Below are positions 25,909 through 38,842 of a stretch of DNA of 64,000 bases, one piece after another (positions within the stretch are counted from its first letter, which is position 1; every line of letters begins with the position of its first letter). A program made the position numbers and the translations under genes. The DNA is from Azolla caroliniana. Taxonomy: Eukaryota > Plantae > Polypodiophyta. The DNA is taken from positions 6,324,001 through 6,388,000 of the forward strand of contig JBHGNT010000013.1 in NCBI GenBank assembly GCA_043228905.1, in the 5' to 3' direction. The notes under the pieces were generated by a model. It saw nothing but the letters and a program-made list of their open reading frames with translations, searched no databases and was not told the DNA's origin.

Positions 25909-27094
25909 CCGGAAATGTTGTTGGCATTTCGATTACGCCTCAAGTTCTGCTCTTGTCGGCAGCTTCCATTACTCGCCAACTCGCCTCATCCACCACGAAC
26001 ACGAGGCCAATCTGCCTCCGTCTACAACATTTTGCTGCTGGTGTGCATACTCGTCGACACACTCGAGTGGTTTTCTTTGCGAGCAACATCGATTGTAGCT
26101 CGAAAAATGAAGGCATATTCTCCCTCTTGCAGACCGCTGTTCGGAATGCTCCGAACTTTTACGCCAACCCTCCGAGGCAAACCTGCACCATTTCGTCCTC
26201 CTCAACGTTCACGTTGACGAAAGTGAGAGAGTCATAGATCTCCTTCATCTTGGAGGTGTAGTCAGTCACCGACATGTCTCTTTGTCGGACGTTGCGCAAC
26301 TCTTGTTTGAGCTGAAGCTTTCTGGTTGTGGTGCTCGCGACGAAAATCTTCTTTAGATTCCCCCAAGCATCCTTCAGTGCCCTAAAATCCCGAATGTAGC
26401 TCAAACATTGTTCGCTCACACAAGATGCAATGCAGTAGAGAACTCTGCTTGTCGCCTATTCCCAGGCCGGGAAATCTCTGTGTGTTGATTCGGGTGCTAC
26501 ATCAGTAGCTCCTTCGACATAACTCCAGTAACCGTGCCCGAGCAAGTACTGGTGCATCTTGCACAACCAAGATGCATAGTTTCTCTTATCGAGCTTTTTA
26601 GTCAGAAGCGAGCTTCCCATTCCTCTCTCCATGTTCATGTCTTTCCTTTTCCGAAAAACGAGAAACTTAACTTGTCTTGGGCGCTTGCTTTTCTATCAGC
26701 TGCAGAGGAGTCTCAACCGTCGCATTCTGATAACATGAAAAAAATACAAAGGAGAATGGTGTATGGGAGAGAGAGAGAGAGAGAGAGAGACAAAGAGAGT
26801 AGACAACAACTTCTATTTCGAATAATGAACACTCTGTACATACGTTGTGCTCAGTGAGCACTTTTTATACAGGCCCCTAACGAGTGGGTTGACACAAGTA
26901 CCATCGGTACTTGAATGCTCATAAATGAGCTTGACACTAAATCTGTCTACAATATTCCTATTTACTATAGTAGGAATATAGACGCTCAACGGCCTTTCAG
27001 AGTCCTTCCTACTCGGCTCATGGCCCTCAGTCCTCGGTTCTCGGTTCTCGGCTTCTTCAACGGAATAGGCCCATGTTGAACTTGTCTCTCAACA
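25909..27094 (-). mobile_element. Copia element F, 5' fragment (LTR 26736-27094, degenerate PBS-Met, gag), host of Gypsy G
   Basis: gag KLDKRNYASW..MHQYLLGHGYWSYVEG and KLQLKQELRNVRQRDMSVTDY; same family as A, B and I. Confidence 0.85.
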
Positions 27095-27767
27095 ATATCT
27101 TTATGGTCTCTGTTTTCTTTAGTACATATAACATACGAAGGTAAAAGATTAAGTAGCTGGTGTCATGATGTGGCATGTGCCAAAGGAGAAAAGTACTTAA
27201 ATGACTAGTTCTACTATTGAGAATCAAGCTCAACCTAGTCTAGTGTGTGAACACACCCTTGAGAATTTGCACTCAAAGGTCAAAAGTCACCACTCTTATC
27301 CACACATTAACTATGTGTCATAGAATCATATTCTATGACACATAACTAATGAGCTTTGACATTCCCCATGAACCATGAGCTTCGGTAGTTAATAAAGAGA
27401 GAGAGTGACTATATAAAGCACTCTCCTCCTACTTTCTAACAAGTCTAGTTAATCTCCTTTGTAATATACATTGTCTTGAGTATTCTATTTTTGTTTAAAT
27501 CTATCTATCTTGTGTTTCTCTCTATCTCTCATACATACACACACACACACACACACACTCACAACACATATCTCTAGTCTATTCCACTATCAAGAATCAC
27601 CACCGATTCTTAACATGGTATCAAAGCGGTTTGGTAGCTACATCTAGCCCATCCGCGTGTGTTGAGCTCTACGCCGACGTTCAAGAAGAACCGGCTCATC
27701 TCTATGGTAGTGCGATTACATAGCTCGTATCCAAGAGAGAAGAAGAAGGAAGAAATCTACATCGAAC

Positions 27768-30700
27768 TGTTGAACACAGTGCTCGGCCACAACCGAGGAA
27801 TAGGATCAAATCACAGAAAACGGGAAAGTACAAAATGCACGAAGACAATAGAGAGAAGAGTACACAGGGTGTTTTACGTGGAAAACCCTAAATGGGAAAA
27901 AAAACCACGGGAGTCCTCAAACTCCAACTATCACTATGAACAGAGATGTACAAAGGTGTGGCTACAAGGCAACAACCTTGAGCTCATTGTCTTCGCCACA
28001 GGCGGCGGTAATACACAGAGGCGTCGACCTCTTCCTCTCTCTCTCTCTCTCTCGGCTGCTCTCACTTCGCTCTCTCGGCTGAAAACATAAAAAATGAGCA
28101 ACAACAACAAACAGTTTGCCCTAAGTCATATTTATACACATATGACTTTCGGGCTATTTACAAATATAGCCTCAAGGGCCTCATCTGGCTCCGTAGCCGG
28201 GGTCTTCATCATCCGGCTCCGTAGCCGTAACCGGGCTTGCCGTCATTCATCTCCGGACATCCCATCCGGAGGGACCGAAATCCCAACAAACTCCCCCTTC
28301 ACTTCGGCATGGGATGTCTCTCTAATCCGATCCTCTTCCGGCATGCTTCCAGCTTGTCGGGTGTGAGCACCTTAGTCAGCATATCCGACCCGTTCTCGTC
28401 CGTGTGGATCTTCGTCAGCACGAACTCCTTGTCTTCTATCCCGGATCCAGTGGTATCTACGCTGGATGTGTTTCGTCCGGGAATGGTAGGCCGCGTTCTT
28501 CGCAAGGTGGATGGCACTCTGACTATCGCAGTAGAGCCGGTACTCCTCCTGCCGGATACCAAGCTCTCTAATGAAGTCCTTCATCCATATTATTTCCTTG
28601 CCGGCTTCAACAGCCGCCATGTACTCCGCCTCCGTGGTTGACAGTGCAACCGTCTTCTGCAGCCTTGACTGCCATGAAACAGCTCCCCCTGCATACGTCA
28701 TCACATACCCTGATGTGGACTGGCTGGTATCTGCATCAGCCGACATATCCGAATCGGTAAAGCCGTCGAGTTCGGGCTTACCGGAGCCGAATCGGAGGCA
28801 CACGTTTGCCGTGCCCTTCAGGTATCGGAGTATCCACTTGGCCGCGTTCCAGTGTTCTTTGCCGGGATTGCTCATGTACCGGTTCACCACTCCGACTGCA
28901 TATCCTATGTCCGGTCTTGTACACACCATTGCGTACATCAAGCTTCCGACGGCAGAGGCATATGGTACTTTCATCATGTCCTCCTTCTCAGCCTTTGTCT
29001 TGGGGCTTTGCTTGCTGGACAACTTGCAGTTTGCAGGGAGGGTCGATCCGACCGGTCTTGCTTCCGACATGTTGAACCGTTGAAGCACCTTTGTCACGTA
29101 CTTCTCCTGTGACAGCCACAACTGCTTCTTCTTCCGGTCCCGGATGATGTGCATCCCTAGTATTTGCCTCGCCGGACCCAGGTCCTTCATTGAGAAGGTT
29201 CGGTGAAGCGCTTTCTTCAGCATCCGTATCTTGACCTGGTCCCGTCCGACGATCAACATGTCGTCCACGTACAGGAGGAGTATTAGAAAGTCTCCTCCTT
29301 CGAACTTCTTCACAAACACGCAGTGATCGGACTGCGTTTTGTGGTACCCTTTGTCGGTCATGAAGGAGTCGAACTTCCGGTACCACTGCCGGGGAGCCTG
29401 CTTCAGTCCGTAAAGGCTCTTCTTCAACCGGCATACCAGGTGCTCCTTCCCTTTCTTCTCGAATCCTTCCGGTTGCTGCATGTAGATCTCTTATTCAAGG
29501 TCACCGTGAAGGAATGCCGTCTTCACGTCCATCTGTTCTACCTCGAGGTCCATGCTTGCCGCTATGCTCAGCACCGTCCCGATGGAGGTCATCTTCACTA
29601 CCGGGGCAAATATCTCGTCGAAGTCGACGCCCTTCTTCTGCTGGAACCCCTTCACCACGATCCTGGCTTTGTATCTCGGGGGGTTTCCGGCATCTCCCGG
29701 TTTCAGCTTGAACACCCACTTGTTTCGAAGTGCCCGCTTTCCTTTCGGCAACTCCACAAGTTCATATGTGTGGTTCTCATGCAGGGAATCCATCTCGTCC
29801 TGCATGGCACTCAACCACTTGCGGCTCTGGGTGTCATGCTTTGCTTCTTCAAAGCTCTTTGGCTCCCCCTCGTCGGTTAGCAGCACATGCTCTGGTTCCG
29901 GAAATCTCCGGGGGCCCTTCTCTCTCTTAGAGGATATCTCCGTTCCGGAGCTTCGGTAACCGGCTCCTCCGTTTCCTCTTCATCCGAATCCATTTCGGGA
30001 TCGGGGCCGGTTCCGGTATCAGTTTCATCTTCCTCGGCCGGTTCTGTTTCTTCACCGTCTTCGGCCGGATCCTCGAGTGCTAACCGGTCCCTTGCCGGTC
30101 GGGACTGCTCCTCGTAGAGTTGATCCTCACCGGTCGACTTGGAGCTCTTCATCTTCTTCTCCGACTCCCAGTCGGCGAGTGTCTTGTCCTCCATGAAGAT
30201 GATATCACGACTCCAGAATATCTTTTTGTCGACCGGGTCCCATACTCGGTAGCCGAACTCGTCATCGCCGTAACCGAGGAATATGCATGGCCGGGTCTTT
30301 GGATCTAGCTTTCCTCTCCGGTCCTTTGCCACATGCACATATGCGAGACACCCGAACACCTTCAGATGCCGGTAGGATACTTCCCTACTGGTCCACACTC
30401 TCTGCGGCGTGTGTCCGTCCAAAGGTACTGAGGGTGATCTGTTTATCACGTATGTCGCCGTCGACATTGCCTCAGCCCAAAATCCCTTGGGTAATTTCGC
30501 ATGTGCTAGCATACTCCGGACCCTCTCCATTATGGTCCGGTTCATCCTCTCGGCCAGCCCGTTCAGTTCCGGCGTCTTCGGCACAGTAAACTCGAGCCGG
30601 ATTCCCATCGAACGGCAATACTCCTCAAATTGCCCTCGGTATTCCCCTCCGTTATCCGCTCGTAGTGCTTTCAGCTTCTTGCCGGATTCTCTTTCCACTC

Positions 30701-32914
30701 TCGCGTGGAGTTCTTTGAAGACGGACAATACTTGGTCCTTTGTCTTCAACGGTACCGTCCACAGCTTCCGGCTGTGGTCATCAATGAATGTCACGAAGTA
30801 CTGGGCTCCGCCATGTGACTTCGTTTCTACTTGACACACGTCAGTGTGCACCAACTCCAATGGTGCGCTACGTCTCGTCGGTGGCCTTGAGTGGAAGGAG
30901 GTTCGGTTCTGTTTACCGGCCAGGCAATCGGTGCACTTCTCCAGGTGCACATGCTTCACTGGAATAAGGTTGTCTTCTGCAAGCCTCTTCATCCCCTTCT
31001 CGCTCATGTGGCACAGTCTCTTGTGCCACAGCTCACCGGCAGTGTCGGCTGCCACGTTCAACTCCTCCGGACACAACCAGGCACTCATAAGGTACAGTGT
31101 GTTGACTTTCCGGGCCCGAGCCACTATTAGGCTCCCCTTGCTGAACTTCATTACGCCGTTCCGGATGCTACCTGTGTAGCCTTCATCGTCTAGCCTCCCG
31201 GCCGAAATCAGGTTCAATCGAACCTCCGGAACGTGTCGGACATCCTTCAGCAACATTTTGCATCCGGTCGAGGTTGTCAACCACACGTCTCCTATGCCGG
31301 CAATCCGGCACGTACCTTCATTTCCCATCCGAACACAGCCATGCTCACCGGCTGTGTAGGATGAGAAGTATCTTCTTTCCGGGGTCAAGTGGAACGACGC
31401 TCCGGAATCGACCACCCAGGTAGTCTCATCGCCGGCAATGTTTAGTTCACCTTCTTCGGTGATGAGCATGATCTCCTCTTCACTTGCCGCGAGTGCCGTC
31501 GTTCCTTTCCGGTATGCCCTCGCCGATCCGAACCATTCCGGTCCGTGGCTCCCCGGTAAGCACCGTTCCGTTCCGAAGACTTCTTCGAATCGGTGTCGTC
31601 GGCTCCGTTGTCTTTTCGGTAATGCCGACAATTCTTTCGGAAGTGCCCCGGCTTCCCACAGTGGAAGCATGTGGGCCTTCCTCTTGACTGCGACCGGGTC
31701 CCCGACTTCTCCCGTCTTTGCGGACTCCGGTTCCGTTGTCTTCCCCGATCCGATTCGGCAAGCAGCATCTTCGGATCGGAGGCCGGTTCTTTATCTCTCC
31801 GACGCGCTTCTTCGTTCAAAATGCTTGTCTTTACCGTTTGTAAGGACAAGTTATCTTCGGTGCAGGAGGTGCTGAGAGTCACCACCAAGTTCTCCCAGCT
31901 TTCCGGCAACGTACACATCAGGATGATGGCTTGCATTGCATCCTCCAACGGGAACTTGATCGCCGCAAGCTGGTTCACGAATCCCATGAACGTGCTTACG
32001 TGTTCCACCATATTTTCGCCGTCCCGGTACTTGAGGTTCACTATCTTCCTCATCAGGGAGGTCCGGTTCAACGCATTCTTCCTCTCATAGAGGCCCGACA
32101 GCTTCTTCCACATCTCATATGCGTTGGTGTCGTTCGCCACATGTTGTAGAACGCTTACATCGACATATTGCCGGATCGTCGCTACAGCTTTCCAGTTCAG
32201 GAGCTTCCACTCCGACTCTATTACCCCCTTGGGTATCTCGGCATTGTCGATCGGTTCATACAGGTCTCGGACGATGAGAAGGTCTTCCATCTTTATCTTC
32301 CAGTCGGCGTAGTTCTGTGAGTTCAACACCATCATGCCCGGAGGCCCACTACCGCCGCCTTCCATTTTCTGTGTTACCGTGCTCTGATACCACTTTGTTG
32401 GACACAGTGCTCGGCCACAACCGAGGAATAGGATCAAATCACAGAAAATGGGAAAGTACAAAATGCACGAAGACAATAGAGAGAAGAGTACACAGGGTGT
32501 TTTACGTGGAAAACCCTAAATGGGAAAAAAAACCACGGGAGTCCTCAAACTCCAACTATCACTATGAACAGAGATGTACAAAGGTGTGGCTACAAGGCAA
32601 CAACCTTGAGCTCACTGTCTTCGCCACAGGCGGTGGTAATACACAGAGGCGTCGACCTCTTCCTCTCTCTCTCTCTCTCGGCTGCTCTCACTTCGCTCTC
32701 TCGGCTGAAAACATAAAAAATGAGCAACAACAACAAACAGTTTGCCCTAAGTCATATTTATACACATATGACTTTCGGGCTATTTACAAATATAGCCTCA
32801 AGGGCCTCATCCGGCTCCGTAGCCGGGGTCTTCATCATCCGGCTCCGTAGCCGTAACCGGGCTTGCCGTCATTCATCTCCGGACATCCCATCCGGAGGGA
32901 CCGAAATCCCAACA
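27768..32914 (-). mobile_element. Copia element D (Tnt1/Tork-like), complete, young; LTRs 27768-28288 and 32396-32914; TSD CGAAC/CAAAC
   Basis: The LTR pair differs by ~5 transitions plus 2 bp in a CT tract; PBS-Met at 32381-32392; PPT next to 28288. Confidence 0.95.
28299..32365 (-). pseudogene. Gag-pol polyprotein of D with ~3 frameshifts and one stop
   Basis: LNSQNYADW, CFHCGKPGHFRKNC, WVVDSGASFH, LVHTDVC/RADNGGEY, LLYVDDML and CDSQSAIHLAKN, split over ORFs 31442-32365, 29877-31670, 29491-29886 and 28372-29481. Confidence 0.9.
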
Positions 32915-32922
32915 CAAACACC

Positions 32923-33663
32923 ATGAATACTCAAATGGATAGCGCTCTTCCTTGCGAGAAATTGGACCGAAACAACTTCGCATCTTGGGAGTACAAGTTG
33001 CACCAATAATACCTTGTCGGCCAAGGCTATTGGGGTTACATCAAGGGAGCATAAGAAAACCGACCTGACGTAGAAGATGTCGAATACTCAACATGGGAGC
33101 AAGCGGCAAGTCGAGTAATGTATTGCTTGGCGACATGTGTTCACGACCACATGCTCAGTTACATTCGAGAAGCCGAGACATCGAAGGAAGCGTGGGAAAA
33201 TCTACGAAAGATTTTCGCCGCCAACACGACCGCGAGGAATCTTCAACTCTGCCAAGAGTTGAACAACATCCAACAACGAGACATGTCCATCACAAGCTAC
33301 ACCTTGAGGATCAAGGAGCTTTGTGACTCGCTCAGCTCAATAAGCGTCAATGTGGATGATGATGAGATGGTGCAAATATGCCTCGGCGGCCTTGCACCAC
33401 GGTTCGGCTCAATGAGAACCGTCGTCCTAGCAAGGGAAAATCCTCCCTCTTTCTTTGATCTTCAATCTATGTTATTGGTTGAAGAGAATCCTATTCAAAC
33501 AAGGAGCAACGCCTCGGAAGGCCACATGTTCTACACACATTCGAATGACGAAGAGGACGCGACTGAGCAAGGGGCCAATTCGGCCAAGGACGAGGCAGCG
33601 GACGAGGTCACGACAACAACTCCCAAATTCGGCAACAAGACGGAAGCCATCGAGGAATCTTCG
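32923..33663 (+). pseudogene. gag of element A (5' portion), cut by B
   Basis: ATG 32923; KLDRNNFASWEYKLHQ, AWENLRKIFAANTTAR, PPSFFDLQSMLLVEEN. Confidence 0.85.
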
Positions 33664-34317
33664 TGTAAAAAACAAATAGCGTGCAAAAGCAATAAAAAAC
33701 AGAAAACAAAGAACAGGTTTAATGGAGAGCTTAACAGTACGCTGGAGAGACAGAGAGAAAGAACAAGAATCTCCATTCAAAAAATTATATCAACGCTCTG
33801 TACATCGTATGTGTTCAGTGAACAGTTTTATACAGGTCCATACGGACTGACAGAATTACGGTGTACTTCAATGCTCACTCGAGCGTCAGACACTAACTAC
33901 GAGAGTAATAACTCCCTAGTAGTCTAGCTGTTTATAGGCTTCCGGTTACTGATGGATCCAGCTAACCGGCTCCCCAGCTCACCGGTTCTTTTGATCACCG
34001 GGTGCTCACCGGCTAACCAATCCGTCTCGCTCACCGGCTCAGGCTTATCTAGCCGATCCGCCTCCAATTGGGCTTGCCGCTCAACACTCCCCCTCAAGCT
34101 CAACTTGAGGTCCGGTCGTAGTGTCAACGTCCGTGGCAACCGGTCCTTCTACCCGGCTCCTTCTGGCGTCACTCCGCCTTGCTCGTGCTCCTCGTCCGAT
34201 CCGGTTCTGTTTTCCGCGACCCCTCTAGTTCTGCTCATCTGGACCTCCTCGGTCGGCTTGTCTACTCAACAGGACCAATTCAGCTCCCCCGCTACTGTGA
34301 CTTCGGCGCATGCCGGT

Positions 34318-37300
34318 TCACCGATTCCTTTGTGTTGGCGTCGACTTTCGCTGCCTTCTCGTCCTCTTGGCCTTGAATTGATCCAAATCGATTGTCTTCG
34401 ATTCGTTCCAGCTCTTGTCCGAATCAGTTGCTCCCGATTCGTCTGCTGGTTTCAGGCCCTTCACCACATCGGACCATGTCCGGGTCTTGGCCTTCTTCTT
34501 CCGGTCGGCTCTGTCCTTCTTGACTCTTCCGCCGCTTCCGCTTGTTCCGACTTGTTCGTATGTGTCGACTTCCTTTTTCGACTCGGCTCCTTTCTTCTTC
34601 TTGACTCTCCCTTCGTCGGTTCTTCCCTCACCGGCGCAATCGGCAGTCTCTTTGCCTTTGCCCGTTCCGATGTCTTTGCCCATTCTCCCCCTCAAGTGTG
34701 GCAAGTCAAGATGTTGAACACCAAGCATTTCGGTGAAGTGCTACAACTTGTCCGATCCGAGTGGTTTGGTGAAGATGTCGGCAACTTACCGAAGTTCGAC
34801 CTCACTGCTCAGGACACGCTCAGGCTTGAAGTGATAGTGCACTTCTATGTGCTTTGTGCGAGCATGGAATACGGGGTTCTTGGCGAGCTGCATGCTACTT
34901 ATGTTATCGCAGTAGATCAGAATCAAGGTCGGTACCTCGATCCGTAGGTCTTGCAGCATTCGCCGAAGCCAAATGGCTTCATAGGTGGCAATGGTAGCGC
35001 CCCGATACTCAGCCTCAGTGCTCGACAGAGCAACTGTTGGCTGCTTTTTGCTGCTCCACGCAACAGCCGCGCTACCTAGGGAAAACATGTAACCGGAGGT
35101 TGATCGGCGATTTGATGCATCGCCGGCCCAGTCGGCATCTGTGTAACCGACCAGCCCTTCGGTTATACTGCGCCGGTATAACAGTCCCCAGTCCTTCGTG
35201 CCGCTCACATACCGCAGTATTCGGTGTGCGCACTGAAGATGCTCCACGATCGGCTTCTCCATGAATTGGTTGAAGTCGGGTTGGGTGATGGTCAAATATA
35301 TAAGGCTTCCGACAATTTGTCGGAACCGTTTCTCATTGCAGGCCAGTCCGGAGTCGGGACGGAGCTTCTGGTTCCGGTCCAAGGGAGTAGAGATAGGTCA
35401 CCATTTCGTCATGCTGAACTTGTACAACATATTCAACACATAGTGCCTTTGTGAGAGCAATATGCCGTGGGGGGTGCGGATCATCTCGATTCCAAGAAAA
35501 TAATGAAGGTCCCCCAGGTCATTTATTTCAAACGCATCCGACAACTGGGACTTGACTCGGCTGATTTCATCGAGTCCGGGTCTGCTGATGGCTAGATCAT
35601 CAACGTACAACAAAATGCAAACCGGACCGTCCGAACCTTGCCAGATGAACAACGAAGAATCGGACTTGGAGGCCGCAAACCCCATCTTACGCAACCGGTG
35701 CGTGATCTTCGCATTCCAAGCTCAAGGGGCTTGCTTCATGCCATAAAGTGACTTCTTCACCCCGCATACCGCCGACTTGTTCATCTCCGTCTGGAAAGCG
35801 GGGGGTTGTATCATAAAGACCTCTTCTTCAAGATCTCCTTGAAGAAATGCATTCTTCACATCCATCTGGTGAAGATGCCACCCCCTTGCCGCTGCAACCG
35901 CCAACACCACACGAACCATCATCATCTTCGCTACCGGGGCGAAGGTCTCGTCGTAGTCGATTCCGTGGGTCTGTGCATATCCCTTCGCCACTAACCAGAC
36001 CTTGTACCGGTTAACTGAACCGTCGGCGTTGTACTTTACCTTGTACACCCACTTGCATCCGATCGGTTTACGGTGACAGGGAGGGTCAACCAAGTCCCAT
36101 GTATCGTTGGCATCACGTGCCCGCATCTCTTCTTCCATAGCGGCACGCCAATGTGTGTCCTTTGTTGCTTCTACATAGCTCTCCGGCTCACGCACTTCCG
36201 CCACCTTGGTCATGTACGCATAGTGATGCGCCATGTACTCATTGTACCCGTACCGCTTAAGAGGTTCCTTCTAGCGGGTTGAACGACGTAACCCACCGTT
36301 ACCCGGTTTGAGGCCCTTCTTGGCCGGTTCGGTCTTCAGTGCCGAAGAACCGTCATTTTCCTTTCCAGAGTCGGATCCGCTCTGATCCGACTCATCAATA
36401 CCGGTTCCATAATCCGGCATCTTCTTCTTCCCCTTCTCTTTGCACATGAACCATCTCCTCAGTTCCTTGCGCGGGGAGAGCACGACAGAGTTTTCACTAC
36501 TCACCGGTTCTTCTTTTGACTGGTCGGATTGACCCAGTCTCTCGTTCGGCCCACTCAACTGAATCGATTCCGGACTCTCTTCTTGAGTTCCGGATTCATC
36601 ATCTTCTAACTGGACCGGTTCAGGCTCACTAGCCTCATCCTCTGGTATCGGGTTGGGGTCAGAAGTCGGAGCTGGTAAGGCATACCATGATGCCATCTCA
36701 TCAAACGCAACATCGCGGCTAACTCGGACCTGCTTCGTCTGGGGGTTATAACACTTATACCCCTTTTGCTCATGTGAGTAGCCGACGAGGATGCACTTCT
36801 CTGATTTTGCATCCAGCTTCCTCCGCTTCTCATCTGGCACATGCACATATGCTATGCTACCGAAAATCCGAAGGTGTCTCAAATTCGTCTTGCGCCCGAA
36901 ATACAGCTCAGGCGCGGACACCTTCTCACCGATCTGGTTTTGGATGTAGACGGCCGTCTGGACCACCTTCGCCCAGTAGAAATGGGGCATGCTCTTCTCT
37001 TCCAGCATTGCCCTTGCCGCGTCAACAAGCGACCGGTTCTTCCTTTCGGCCACACTGTTTTGCTCCGGTCTGTATCTGCAGCTGAACTCGCTTTGAATTC
37101 CTGTTTGCTGCAGATAACTGTTGAATTGGCCGGAAAAATATTCTTTTCCGCCATCTGGCCGCAGGCACTTGATCTTCCTCTCTGATTCCCGTTCCACCAT
37201 GCTCTGGAGGTTCCGAAAACAGTCGAAGACTTCGCTCTTCCGCTCAGTGAGGTACATCCATGTGTCACGACTATAGTCGTCGATGAAGAAGACAAAGTAT

Positions 37301-38842
37301 CGACTCCCTCCAAGACTCACATTCTGTGCCGGTCCCCATACATCCGAATGAATAAGGTCGAGCTTGTTACGGCTACGGTTTTGTTCGGCAGGGAATGGAA
37401 GCCGGTGTTGCTTCCCGAGTTGGCAGGCTTCACATACTTGGGCCTTCTGGCCACTAAACATCGGCAAACCGAAAACAACTTGTTTCGTTTGCAAGTCTTG
37501 AAGCCGCCGGTAATTGACGTGGTCGATCCACTTGTGCCACAGGTCGATGTCCGATTCGACCTTCTGTCCTTTGGCGAACAAGGCGGTGCCGACGTCATTG
37601 GTGTCGAGGATGAACATCCTCCCATCTCTACGCCCTTGCACGATAATGTGGCCCTCCTCCTCGATGAAGCACCCGAGGTGCGTAAACCGCACCTGCATTC
37701 CCTGGTCGACGATCTGTCCGACCGACACCAGGTTCTTCGTGATAGTCGGAACATGTAATACGTCCATCAGCTTCCCCCTCTGTCCAACGTGGCTCAGGGG
37801 AACTTCTCCGACATGCACGATTGGGTGAGGAGTGTCGTCTCTTCTTTTAACAACTCCCGGTTGTTCCGGTTTCTCCAAGAAGGAGAACCACTCTTTGTGG
37901 CTCGTCATGTGATTTGATGCACCGGAATCAACGTACCACACTTCCTCCGATTTGGAAGTCGTCTTCTTCATCAAGTTTGCCTCGTGCTTCATCACCAAGG
38001 CTGGCCCCTTAACGGTCTTCCCGGTTCTGAATCCTCTCGATCCTTGTGCGTAGTGCGAGCTTTGCCAGTTCTCCGACTGGTTTTGCCGGACCTAGATCTG
38101 TCCGAATCGGCACGCTTCTTCCGGCACTCGCTTTCTCTGTGGCCCTTTTTGCCACAGTACCAGCATTCTGTGGCGGATTTGTCTTGCCGGCCTCCGGCGC
38201 CACCTTGACTCCCCTTGCTTGTGGAAGTCCCAAAATTGCTGTCGGCACGGTCTCTGTGCCGTCGGTCTTGCCCTAGTCGGCCGCCTCCATTGCGTGCCAA
38301 CCCGCCTCGTCCACCACACCCATGGGGCCGATCCGCCTCCGTGTACATCATCCGACTGTCGGTGGGTGCATTTGTTGATGCACCGGCGTGGTTCTCCTCT
38401 ACAAGGAGCATCGACTATAAGTCGAAAAATGATGGTGTATTCTCCCTCGTACATACTGTTGTCCGGAAAGCTCGAAAATTAGACGCCAGGCCCCCAAGAC
38501 AGACCTGTACCATCTCGTCTTCCTCTACAGTGACGTTGATAGAGGCAAGCGAGTCACAGATCTCTTTGATTCGGGTCGTGTAATTAGCCACTGACATGTC
38601 CTTTTGTCAGACATTGCTCAACTCCTGTCGGAGTTGCAGCTTCCAGGTTGTAGTGCTTGCAGCGAACAACTTGTTCAGGTTTCCCCAAGCCTCTTTCGGC
38701 TTCTTGGCATCTCGGACGTGGCTCAGCAACTGGTCTCCGACACTGGACGCAAAGCAGTACATCACTCTGCTTGCCAATTGTTCCCACACCAGGAAGTCCT
38801 TGTGTGCCGCATCAGGTGCTGTGTCGTTAGCTCCGTCGACAT
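34318..38842 (-). pseudogene. Degenerate gag-pol of B (gag N-terminus lies at 44011-44125, beyond C)
   Basis: WYVDSGASNHM, IHSDVWGP, RPDGGKEY, LLYVDDL, YTDADWAGD and ARTKHIEVHYHF, with several stops and frameshifts. Confidence 0.9.

Noticed and set aside
33118-33927. 269-aa ORF (and the N-terminus of ORF 44514-45737) as real proteins
   Set aside because: Chimeric read-through between A's coding region and B's LTRs.
33952-34947. 331-aa + strand ORF as a novel gene
   Set aside because: Antisense shadow of B's GC-rich LTR, 3' tail and RNase H; no recognisable domain.
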